Part shown: positions 17,892 through 26,513 of the stretch, one piece after another | How positions within the stretch are numbered: the stretch's first letter is position 1 | Layout: each line of letters starts with the position of its first letter | Source of the DNA: Candidatus Bathyarchaeia archaeon | Lineage (GTDB): Archaea > Thermoproteota > Bathyarchaeia > Bathyarchaeales > Bathycorpusculaceae | Direction of reading: 5' to 3' | Assembly: GCA_049521795.1 (NCBI GenBank) | Contig: JBEKOM010000006.1 | Location: 1 to 64,000 of the forward strand | Length of the DNA: 64,000 nucleotides | Notes under the pieces: generated by a model | What the model was told of the DNA's origin: nothing | Seen by the model: only the letters and a program-made list of their open reading frames with translations | The model's database searches: none | Made by a program: the position numbers and the translations under genes

Positions 17892-19891
17892 GAGAGATCT
17901 ACCTCTAGGTGTTTTCTCAACTGCACGCTATTAGGATTGAGTGTAGGGAATGAGTATGGAACAAGGTAATGACCTTGTGGTATGTTCAAGTTTGTGCTTT
18001 GCCCCCGGACCTCATATCCCAATTTGCGCAGCTGCTTCAGCCCATGCCGGACTTGTTCTTGGGATACTCGAAACAAGCTAGCTAGTGCTTCAAGGGAAAG
18101 AATCCGTCTAATCGCGACTCCTTCCACGACTTTTCTTACCAACTGCCAATTCTCTCCGTCTTCAATGGACATCTTCACGGCAAAGTGAGGTAAGTATTGA
18201 TAGTATCCGCAGAGCTGGACTAGATCTGCTTTAAGGTTGGTCTCAACCAAGAATTGCTCAAAAGCCTTCCACAAGCCCGTAAACACCTTAGGACGTAAAG
18301 GTGAACCTACTAGTCTAACGCTTTGTAATGGAATGTCCCAGCCAGCTCTTGAAGGCCCAACCGTCATAACGCAACCACCTAAGGAATCTGACTCATTACC
18401 TAGTTCTCTGCTGTGGACTTCAACCGACAACAAGCTGCTGGACAATTTTGCAGTCACGAACAACTCTGACTCTCGTTCTGGGCAAACTCTCCACGTAAAG
18501 TCATCCATGTTCATCTTTGCATAATAGGCCGTGGAGAAGTCTAAAGGTAGTTTTTCGGTTTTTCTAGTGGGCAAGGCAGTAAGTAGTTTTATCGCTTTTG
18601 TAGCCTTGGTTTGGTAGATCTTTGTCAGTTCTCTTTTGCGCCTCCTGAATGAAAGTGGTTCATATGGAGCAAGCAACTTGATATCTGCTGTTATTTGAGC
18701 CTTCCAAACCTGCTTCAGCAGACTTAGCGCTAACATGCGAGCCAGCTGCGGAGGCACGGAATTTCCTATTTGTGTTATGGCAGTTTGTTTATTGCCTACG
18801 ATGATGTATTCATCAGGAATTGTGTGTAGCCGCTTAAGTTCAGCCACAGAAAAAGGCCGATTTTCCCAGTGAAAAGGACCTGTGTATAACCCGCCAGTTG
18901 CTTTCAGCGTCCTGATGGGCTCTTTAGGGTCGGCTTTGTACAGAAAATCGGAGAACTTCGAACGCCAGGCGAAAATTGGCCTAGGATGGCCCATTCTGGA
19001 AGTGTAGAAAGAGTAATTCAGTCCAGGCGGCACGTCCTTTAGCAGATATCCCCATCGCCCTCCAATCGGCCCTGGTTTCTCTTCCTCACATAGATCACGG
19101 AGTGCCTCTTCAGCGACATAATAAGGATGCTGGTCGGGTGAGTCGGGACCATGAGTAGGCTTGGGGAACAAGAACTGCATGCCTTGCACTCCAACAGCGA
19201 TAAGCCTTTCCCTATGTTGAGGAACACCATAATCTGCAGCATCAAGTATTCTGTGGGTCACGGTGTAACCCAGCTCTGCAAAATCAGATAAAACCGCTTT
19301 CCATGTGTCACCGTTTTGCACCCCGGTCAAGCCATACACGTTCTCAAAGAGAAAGGCAGTCGGACGAACTGACTCAATTACTTCTATGAACTGTTTGTAC
19401 AACTCTCCTCGAGCATCCAACAGTCCTGGGGCGCCTGCTGCTCTTCGACCTGCAGCTGAAAAGGATTGGCAAGGAGGTCCACCTAGTACAAGATCAATTT
19501 TGCTTGCGCTTGGAGGTTCGTAATCACCTATGTCTTTACATAAAATCTTGGAATTCCTGAAGTATGTTCCCTTGTTCTTATTTGCTTCTAGGGTTTCGGC
19601 AAAAGTCTCGTCGATCTCAACCATTTCGACATTCTCGAAGCATGCATCATCGAACCCAATGTCCAATCCGCCTCCACCAGTGAATAGGCTAATAGTCTTA
19701 AGGGGGAATTCCAGAGCCTTTATCCGTAAGCGCAACGCTTTGCCAAAGGCATTAGGCCATCCGGGTTCTTCAGACACACCAAGCGATTTAAGCAGTGTAT
19801 CAAGATAACCTGGCTCCGCTTCGGCACCTGGCAGTTTCGCTAACTTCAATTGTGAACTGCGACTTACTCTCTGTTCAGCCAGGTATGTCAC
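17888..19891 (-). CDS. DNA (cytosine-5)-methyltransferase with C-terminal extension
   Basis: FTGGGG (I), GGPPCQSFS (IV), ENV (VI), QHRER (VIII), IGNSVPP (X). Confidence 0.93.
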   Translation of the reverse strand: MTYLAEQRVSRSSQLKLAKLPGAEAEPGYLDTLLKSLGVSEEPGWPNAFGKALRLRIKALEFPLKTISLFTGGGGLDIGFDDACFENVEMVEIDETFAETLEANKNKGTYFRNSKILCKDIGDYEPPSASKIDLVLGGPPCQSFSAAGRRAAGAPGLLDARGELYKQFIEVIESVRPTAFLFENVYGLTGVQNGDTWKAVLSDFAELGYTVTHRILDAADYGVPQHRERLIAVGVQGMQFLFPKPTHGPDSPDQHPYYVAEEALRDLCEEEKPGPIGGRWGYLLKDVPPGLNYSFYTSRMGHPRPIFAWRSKFSDFLYKADPKEPIRTLKATGGLYTGPFHWENRPFSVAELKRLHTIPDEYIIVGNKQTAITQIGNSVPPQLARMLALSLLKQVWKAQITADIKLLAPYEPLSFRRRKRELTKIYQTKATKAIKLLTALPTRKTEKLPLDFSTAYYAKMNMDDFTWRVCPERESELFVTAKLSSSLLSVEVHSRELGNESDSLGGCVMTVGPSRAGWDIPLQSVRLVGSPLRPKVFTGLWKAFEQFLVETNLKADLVQLCGYYQYLPHFAVKMSIEDGENWQLVRKVVEGVAIRRILSLEALASLFRVSQEQVRHGLKQLRKLGYEVRGQSTNLNIPQGHYLVPYSFPTLNPNSVQLRKHLEVDLS

Positions 19892-20001
19892 ACTCCCATT
19901 TACTATTCTATGAGGAGATATTAATCTCTTAATTTTTCTCTAGCAATCATTGAGGTCGTATTTTTGAGGAACTTCGTTACTATCCACAGCGCGCGCTTTC
20001 A

Positions 20002-20334
20002 CTATCGTGTGTTAGTTATATCGTGCTTTTTTCTTGCTTTCTTGGGTTTGCGGTCGGGCAACTTCTTTTCACGCAGCCAAGTCAACCTAAAGCGTATTGC
20101 ATCTTCTATGAACTCTTCCTTGGTAGCATAGCCCAATTGCGAATTGCCTTTTATGAAGCTTTCAGCCTGTTCAAGAAGATCTCGAGACAGTGTCACCGAC
20201 CTGCTTAACAATGCCTCCACAGCATCAGAGTAGGTCTTCATCTGACCCGTCTCTGCCATAAGCCTTCCAACAACCGAAGTCAATTTTGCATGAGTCTCAT
20301 CAGAAATTTTCAGCGTCTTCAAGGCAAATCCCAA
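20002..20334 (-). CDS. Small ribbon-helix-helix-type DNA-binding protein
   Basis: KTLKISDETHAKL and second TKEEFIEDAIR RHH-like segments. Confidence 0.6.
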   Translation of the reverse strand: MGFALKTLKISDETHAKLTSVVGRLMAETGQMKTYSDAVEALLSRSVTLSRDLLEQAESFIKGNSQLGYATKEEFIEDAIRFRLTWLREKKLPDRKPKKARKKHDITNTR

Positions 20335-20418
20335 TTTCTACATTATCAGTTTCAGAAGATAATCCTTCGCACAGGAAAGCGTGCGTCACTTTAACTCTAC
20401 TCTCTCTATAGCCTGGTA

Positions 20419-20718
20419 ATGTCGTTGGAACGCTGTCCTTTTAACGGTTCTAATCAAAGCGAAGAGAAGGAGAAAGAAGTTATGCAGCGGAAGAGGCTAG
20501 CTGTCTTTCAAAGGGTCGACGATAAGAAGTTTGATGATGACATGTTTGTTGACTTAACAATCTACGATGTTCCAGCAGGCCTGCTCAGAGAGTTCGGCGA
20601 GAAGGTAGTTCACTCCAACTACCCAAGCGGAGTCAACGAAGCAATCAAGGACCTACTGCGAAAAGCCATAATGGACCAACAGTCATCCCGCAATGAGACA
20701 AGTGTTCCAGCCCTGTAG
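20419..20718 (+). CDS. Small hypothetical (RHH-like) protein
   Basis: GVNEAIKDLLRKAI helix; probable start 20482. Confidence 0.5.
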   Translation: MSLERCPFNGSNQSEEKEKEVMQRKRLAVFQRVDDKKFDDDMFVDLTIYDVPAGLLREFGEKVVHSNYPSGVNEAIKDLLRKAIMDQQSSRNETSVPAL

Positions 20719-20736
20719 AATTAGACGTAGGAGTTT

Positions 20737-20991
20737 TTGCATAATTTGGTTCGAATCCAGCGCAGAGTCTCAAAGAAACACTACCTGAAGGCGAAACGCA
20801 CCTACGAGTACGAGCGCATGACTCTAGACTTACCCAAGAAGTTCCACGAGACTCTCAAGCCATTTCTGGAGAAGGAACTCAACATTGACGTTAAGCTGCA
20901 AAACGATGTCGCAGTCATCTCTTTGTCCCCCGTGAAAACGTTTCGGCACGCAGAAAACACCCCCGACAAAACACCTTCAGAAACCAGCTAG
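20737..20991 (+). CDS. Small AbrB/SpoVT-like hypothetical protein
   Basis: YERMTLDLPKKF...ELNIDVKL pattern; GGAG RBS. Confidence 0.5.
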   Translation: MHNLVRIQRRVSKKHYLKAKRTYEYERMTLDLPKKFHETLKPFLEKELNIDVKLQNDVAVISLSPVKTFRHAENTPDKTPSETS

Positions 20992-21092
20992 GACACGCTC
21001 TTACAACATCAAGATACAGATTCTGTTTATATATCTGCCCGCCGAAACATTTCTCCCCTAGCAGATTTCTGCCTGCAGAAACGTTTTCCCCC
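20930..21092. repeat. Three ~25-bp repeats: one inverted and two direct copies around an AT-rich spot
   Basis: 21034-21058 TCTGCCCGCCGAAACATTTCTCCCC; 21068-21092 TCTGCCTGCAGAAACGTTTTCCCCC; reverse complement of 20930-20954 TCTGCGTGCCGAAACGTTTTCACGG. The first and third each match the 21068 copy at 20/25. Confidence 0.75.
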
Positions 21093-21184
21093 AGACCTGT
21101 GAACACAAAAATGTGTAAATTAACGTGAAAAGGACCTTCCGCACATAGTTCTGATTTTACCGACAGTGCCGGTCAGCGAATGAA

Positions 21185-21607
21185 GTGCCCAAACCCAAAA
21201 ACACAAGGCTATCCGTATTCAAAGGCAGAGAAGCCAAACTCAATCGTGCCATTTTTCAAGTTCTCGCCTTCAAAGGCCCACAGACTATCTACGGCATACA
21301 CGCCCAGGTGAAGACACTACGAAGTCTGAGGAATATGAGATACGCAAATGTCAACGTACGAGTGAGGAAGCTTCAGGAGTCAGGTTACTTGAACATAACA
21401 GGTGCTAGGAAAACAAAGGCTGGTTTTGAAGCATCAATATATGACCTGGCAGCTAAGGCCTATTCTGCACTCTTCCTCAACGCAATTAGCTTAGAAGAGC
21501 TACTTTCTTGGCTAAACGAAGGAACTGCATACCGGCTCATTGGAGATATCATCGAGATCATGGGAAATCATCAGGCTCACAAGGAGGCTAGTTCACATCG
21601 GTCTTAA
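21185..21607 (+). CDS. Winged-helix transcriptional regulator
   Basis: GPQTIYGIH...YANVNVRVRKLQESGYL wHTH pattern. Confidence 0.7.
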   Translation: MPKPKNTRLSVFKGREAKLNRAIFQVLAFKGPQTIYGIHAQVKTLRSLRNMRYANVNVRVRKLQESGYLNITGARKTKAGFEASIYDLAAKAYSALFLNAISLEELLSWLNEGTAYRLIGDIIEIMGNHQAHKEASSHRS

Positions 21608-21831
21608 CTCGACGACTCTCCAAAAGTAGAAAACTGTTACGTACTTAAGGACGAACCAGAGGGATACAATTCATTAATGGAGACTTGAACTCCAGAGTCT
21701 CAAGGTTCATAGCGAAATCGACTAGAATGAAATCAATGCACGCGCTCTGGCCATTGTTCGTCCAGAGAAAAACTGAAACGAACAAGGATGCTCTCTTGCT
21801 TAGAAAACACTTATTATTTGATCAGACATAG

Positions 21832-23772
21832 ATGCTACTGAATCAGATGTCAATAAAGTTCGTTAGTTCGATAAGAGATCCTGTATATGGAACAATTCCG
21901 ATCACTGAATGTGAGCAAGATGTCCTCAATTTACCTATCCTGAATCGCCTGAGGGGAATAAAGCAACTTGGCCTTGCGTATCTCGCTTTCCCAGGAGCAA
22001 ACCACACGAGGTTTGAGCATTCATTAGGCACCATGCACGTTGCTTCTTTGATGTGTCAGAGCCTAGATATCGATGAACATAATACCCAACTAATAAGGTT
22101 GGCAGCCTTACTGCACGACGTGGGGCACTCTCCATTCTCACATACACTGGAATTGGCTTTTAACATGTTCAGAGGCGAGTTTGAGGGAGTGCCTGTAGAT
22201 AGTCTATCTCATGAAAATTGGACTTATCGCAAGATAATGAAAGATAAAGATCTTGCGGAGGCAATTAAGAACCATCTGGGGGTTGCGCATAATAAAGACA
22301 TTGCAAAGCTCGCAGTAGGCAAATACGGAAATAGGATTTTTGATTCGGTCTTGCAGAGCCCTATTGATGCGGACAAGACAGACTATATTCTAAGGGACAA
22401 CCTGCATTGTGGCTTTCCTGTCGCTTTGGACATAAATACCATTAGTGAGATTCTTGCCAAGGATGAAGACTTCGGTTTTATAGTAAAAGCAGAAGGAATT
22501 TCCTTTGTGGAGCAACTTTTAATTGGGAGATATCATTTGATCACGAAGATTCATCATAATAAGAAGAACAGAACAGGCAACTATCTGATGGCATTGAGCC
22601 TGAGAGATGCTATCAAAATCATAGAAAGAGAGGAGCTTCCGAAGGAAATCAACCGAATTTTCGAAATGAACGATTATGAACTGTATTATTTCCTAAAGGA
22701 TAAACTAGGTGAGAAGTTCAAGCCTCTTAATGATTTCCTCATGGGCAAAGAAACATTGAGAGAGCTGTATAATTTTGACTATTCTATCCTGACACCGATG
22801 GCTAGGTTCAATGCTTCAATAGTTTCAGCAAGGAAGCATCTTCTTCCTGAAATATCCAAACAGCTGCAGACCAAGACTCACTCCAAAGACATATTTGTTG
22901 ATATCAATCAAGCAAAACTACCGGACTTAGACCTTTGGGTGTATGATCCATCTGGGCAAAAGATTCCTATTTTAGAGACTCCCATGGTCCATGGAATTGT
23001 TAAGACTTCCTTATCTTGGTTACAAATAGCTTTGTATGCTTTCAAAGAGAACGGAAATGGCCCGGACATTAAGGAAGTCAAGAGGTTATATCGGGAGCTG
23101 GATGAAAAGGTCGATGAGAAATTCGAGCAGAATTTGAAGAATTTTGCTGATGAAAAAACCTATGGCACGTTTCTTTTGGTTGACCTACTTTTGAATAAGA
23201 TGACGAAGTCTCTTCACAAGACTGAAGTGACAGGAGAAGACATTCTGATAATCGTATTCAAAGCAATCTATCAGCTATTGGCCAATGAATTCAAAGGTTC
23301 TCACTTGTTCATAGATGGGGCTTCAAACTTTGTTGCTTTGGTAAATATCATACAAGAGAAGGAATCGATATTCTCTCCCATGAAAGAGAGAGTCATATTG
23401 AAGAAATACGACTTGCAAGGCAGAACACCAGAAAAGTTGCCCTCAGACATTTTCGTTGACATCGAGAAACTCGTGAATTTCGGCATGCTCTACAGAAAAG
23501 AGGAGGTAGTGAAGTTCCGGAAGTTCTACAACAAGAAGCAACAGATCCGACTTTCAGGTTGGGGTCGCAGTTATCACGAGAAAAACTTGGAAAAGAACAA
23601 GGAAATCGCAAAACTCTGCGACAGAGTGTATCAATGCTTGCTGAAGTACGTGGAAAAGGATAGAGAGCAAATTGCGAAATATATCCAAACCTCGGAAGTT
23701 CCAAAGGACGACAAGATAAAGAAGGAAAGAGAAAATATCAGAGCAAAGACCTTTTTCAGAATAACAAGATAG
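21832..23772 (+). CDS. HD-domain dNTP triphosphohydrolase-like protein (SAMHD1/dGTPase family) with a long C-terminal extension
   Basis: IRDPVYG, RLRGIKQLG, HTRFEHSLG, LLHDVGHSPFSH and DADKTDYILRD motifs. Confidence 0.88.
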   Translation: MLLNQMSIKFVSSIRDPVYGTIPITECEQDVLNLPILNRLRGIKQLGLAYLAFPGANHTRFEHSLGTMHVASLMCQSLDIDEHNTQLIRLAALLHDVGHSPFSHTLELAFNMFRGEFEGVPVDSLSHENWTYRKIMKDKDLAEAIKNHLGVAHNKDIAKLAVGKYGNRIFDSVLQSPIDADKTDYILRDNLHCGFPVALDINTISEILAKDEDFGFIVKAEGISFVEQLLIGRYHLITKIHHNKKNRTGNYLMALSLRDAIKIIEREELPKEINRIFEMNDYELYYFLKDKLGEKFKPLNDFLMGKETLRELYNFDYSILTPMARFNASIVSARKHLLPEISKQLQTKTHSKDIFVDINQAKLPDLDLWVYDPSGQKIPILETPMVHGIVKTSLSWLQIALYAFKENGNGPDIKEVKRLYRELDEKVDEKFEQNLKNFADEKTYGTFLLVDLLLNKMTKSLHKTEVTGEDILIIVFKAIYQLLANEFKGSHLFIDGASNFVALVNIIQEKESIFSPMKERVILKKYDLQGRTPEKLPSDIFVDIEKLVNFGMLYRKEEVVKFRKFYNKKQQIRLSGWGRSYHEKNLEKNKEIAKLCDRVYQCLLKYVEKDREQIAKYIQTSEVPKDDKIKKERENIRAKTFFRITR

Positions 23773-23983
23773 ATTTGTTCTACTTTTCAATGTTGCTGCA
23801 GCGAGAGCGGAAACAAAACTTATATGTCAGAATGTCCTTAGTATAACATGCTATTTCTGTTATCCTGGTACATACGTCGTAAATATAATTTTCATGCGGG
23901 TTTTTGCAAGGAATTTGCATGCCAACATTATGAGCAAAAATAGCGTTTTGATATTAAGTCAACAGGGGTAAATAACTTTTGTG

Positions 23984-24195
23984 GAACAGTGTTCTATATG
24001 TTCAATCATTTTACTGTTGGTTTTATCTTATCTCTAAAAATGGGACCTCTGAGGATTACTCTCCCATAGCCGTATTTCTTGACTTGCACTGTTCATTTCT
24101 TGTGCGCCCAAGATATGTCCGCTCATAGATACTGTTCTTAAACACGCTCAGCAAAGAACACTATTCTTTGGGAACCAGTCCAAAGAACACTGTCT
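23984..24195. promoter_or_regulatory. Array of five GAACA-n-TGTTC-like palindromic operators
   Basis: 23984-94 GAACAGTGTTC, 24084-94 TTGCACTGTTC, 24127-37 AGATACTGTTC, 24156-66 GAACACTATTC, 24185-95 GAACACTGTCT; upstream of a CTTAAA TATA-like box (~24216). Confidence 0.6.
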
Positions 24196-24255
24196 TTTGA
24201 AGACATCAGAATTCCCTTAAACTCTTGCGGCAACGTAGTCTAAGGTGAAACAGGT

Positions 24256-24501
24256 TTGGTGAACATTATCGACGAATGGGAAGATTTCGCAAAATATGCA
24301 CATGACAAGGTAGGTTTCTACCAGATACTGGGTGTCGACAAAAACATTGAAGTCAGAGTGTCAGCCGGAAAGGCAGGCTTCATCAAAGAATTCGAAAACG
24401 CCATAGACCCGCTGCTCACAAAAATCTTGGAATTCTGCGAAAAAGAAAGGAGCTTCCTGAGGGTAGGCGAAACCGTCAGAGACGAAGTCTTCTTCAAATA
24501 A
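24256..24501 (+). CDS. Hypothetical protein
   Basis: 81 aa with AGGTGA RBS; first gene of the integrase operon. Confidence 0.65.
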   Translation: MVNIIDEWEDFAKYAHDKVGFYQILGVDKNIEVRVSAGKAGFIKEFENAIDPLLTKILEFCEKERSFLRVGETVRDEVFFK

Positions 24502-24544
24502 ACGAGGCCGAGCGAGCTATCCATGCTGACTACAAAGAGCATTC

Positions 24545-25078
24545 TTGGCTAAGGTTGAGAGCTTGAAGATCTACACAGATGACCGTCTGGTGCCGTACAA
24601 GAATACGACAATCGATCCGTTGAGTACGAAGGCTGAAATTGACGGCTTGCTGGCTCGATGGGGTATCCGCCAAGTTTTCTGGGACTGGAACCCCGAAAAG
24701 AGCAGCGTTGTGCTTCTTTTCAAGCTGCCTGAAACTTTCGGCAACATTCAGCCAAGCGTTCGATTGGAGCCTCCGCGCATATGGACAAAAGGCAACAGAA
24801 AACGGAACGAAGAGATCAACTGGGCCGTTTCAATGCGCGTGCTGTTCTGGTTTCTCAAAAGCTTCCTGGAAGCTGCCTACCTTATGCAGTTTGACAAAAC
24901 CACTGCTTTTCTGCCTTGGATCGTTGGCTCAGACGGAAAGACGCAGCTGAAGGACGTCATTATTCCTAGGCTCGGCCGAATCAGCGATTTCCAAGCACTG
25001 CCTACCGAAGACCAGGTGCGAGAAGAAGAAAAATGGATGGCCAAAAAGATCGTCGACATGCCGAGACCAAACGAATAA
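24545..25078 (+). CDS. Hypothetical mobile-element protein
   Basis: 177 aa, YKNTTIDPLSTKAEIDGLLARWG start; co-oriented with the integrase. Confidence 0.7.
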   Translation: MAKVESLKIYTDDRLVPYKNTTIDPLSTKAEIDGLLARWGIRQVFWDWNPEKSSVVLLFKLPETFGNIQPSVRLEPPRIWTKGNRKRNEEINWAVSMRVLFWFLKSFLEAAYLMQFDKTTAFLPWIVGSDGKTQLKDVIIPRLGRISDFQALPTEDQVREEEKWMAKKIVDMPRPNE

Positions 25079-25101
25079 TGATTTTGCATTGTTGGGAGAG
25101 A

Positions 25102-26424
25102 ATGGCTGACTTTCACATCGAACCGCAGAGTAACGGTCACGTACTTGGCAAAGCCAGTTCTAAAGGCGGAAAGTCGGGTGTGTTTGCTGCATCCGCTGGC
25201 GTCAGCCCTCTATGCCCCGAATGCGGGTCTCAGAAAGTATGGCGGGATGGCCTGCGGAATTCTCTGTTCGGGCACAAGATCCAAAGGTGGCTTTGTCGCA
25301 ACTGTGGCTTCCGGTTTTCTGACTCTGAAAACGTTCAGAGGAGTTTCAGCACGTTTGAGCGCGTTGAGAGAGTTGGTAGGGACTCATTAAAAGCCAGATT
25401 TGGCATAGTTAGTGATAGCCAAATACGCGTTACGAAGGCAGAAGGAACGAAAAATTTGGCCTCAGCAACAGAAACTCAGACTGTTGCTGGAGATAGAAAA
25501 CTGGACAAGGCAACCGCAAAAGGGCTCCTGCTGCAGTATTCACTCTACCTTCAGAAGGAAGGCTACGGAGAAAACTGCAGTTACGTGAACTGCATACGAA
25601 CGCTGATAAACTCAGAAGGCTGCAACATCTACGACCCTGAGAACGTCAAAGAAGTCATTGGAAAGAAGAAATGGAAAGACGGGACAAAAATGATGACTTG
25701 CTACGCCTACGATGCGTTCACAAGAATGGCCGGTCTAAGCTGGGCCATGCCCACCTACCGACAGGAAGAGTATCTCTTCTTCCTACCTGAAGAAAACGAA
25801 CTTGACACTCTCATCAACGCCTCGAGAAGCGCCAGAATGAGAACATACCTACAATGTCTCAAAGAAACTTTCGGCGACCCAAGTGAAGTTCTAGGCATAC
25901 GCTGGGAAGACGTAGACGCACACCGAAGCGTCATAGCCATAAACCATCCGGTGAAAGGCCACAACGCCGGAGAGCTAGAGGTTAGCCCCCGTCTTTTACA
26001 CATGCTCGACGCGTTACCCAAGACCTCAAAACTCATCTTTCCCACCACCTACAGAAACATGCTAGCAACATACGTGAAACTACGAAAAAGACTAGCTCAC
26101 AACCTTCAAAACCCAAGAATGCTGAGCATCAGCTTCGTCAGTTTCAGACATTGGGCAGGAACACAATTGGCATGGCTCTTCAACGGCAACATGCTCATAG
26201 TGAAAGAAAAGCTAAGACACAAGGACATCAATAGCACAATGAAATACGTTAGAAGAATAAAGCTCACACTACCTGAAGACTTTGACGTCTTTACCGCGAG
26301 CACTGATGAAGAAATCAAGAAGATGGGCATCCTGGGAGCCCAGAAATACGATGAACGCACAATTGGGGCGACAACTATCAGCTACTACAGGAGACCCAAA
26401 AGGTTCGGAAGCATCAAAGTATGA
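25102..26424 (+). CDS. Tyrosine recombinase/integrase with N-terminal zinc ribbon
   Basis: CPECG..CRNCG ribbon; ETFGDPSE (box I), VKG, SFRHW and LRHKDINSTMKY (box II Tyr). Frame open from 25033; start at 25102 after GGGAGAG. Confidence 0.88.
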   Translation: MADFHIEPQSNGHVLGKASSKGGKSGVFAASAGVSPLCPECGSQKVWRDGLRNSLFGHKIQRWLCRNCGFRFSDSENVQRSFSTFERVERVGRDSLKARFGIVSDSQIRVTKAEGTKNLASATETQTVAGDRKLDKATAKGLLLQYSLYLQKEGYGENCSYVNCIRTLINSEGCNIYDPENVKEVIGKKKWKDGTKMMTCYAYDAFTRMAGLSWAMPTYRQEEYLFFLPEENELDTLINASRSARMRTYLQCLKETFGDPSEVLGIRWEDVDAHRSVIAINHPVKGHNAGELEVSPRLLHMLDALPKTSKLIFPTTYRNMLATYVKLRKRLAHNLQNPRMLSISFVSFRHWAGTQLAWLFNGNMLIVKEKLRHKDINSTMKYVRRIKLTLPEDFDVFTASTDEEIKKMGILGAQKYDERTIGATTISYYRRPKRFGSIKV

Positions 26425-26513
26425 CGTTTAAAGCCCGAACACATACCTCTACGCCTTTAAACCCTTACTCCTAAATAATACGCTTACGGTTTCCAAGGGT
26501 TGGAGAGAAAAGG

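Larger units (their letters stand above)
1..26424 (+). mobile_element. Integrated archaeal head-tail provirus (HK97 capsid, long non-contractile tail), right part; left end lies upstream of the window
   Basis: Canonical order protease-decoration-MCP-neck-tail tube-chaperone-tape measure at 1-9.9 kb, then cargo, then a tyrosine integrase ending at 26424 followed by host genes. The right att site was not identified. Confidence 0.88.

Noticed and set aside
26425-26513. attR site of the provirus
   Set aside because: No tRNA fragment or matching repeat found within the window; needs the left end for comparison
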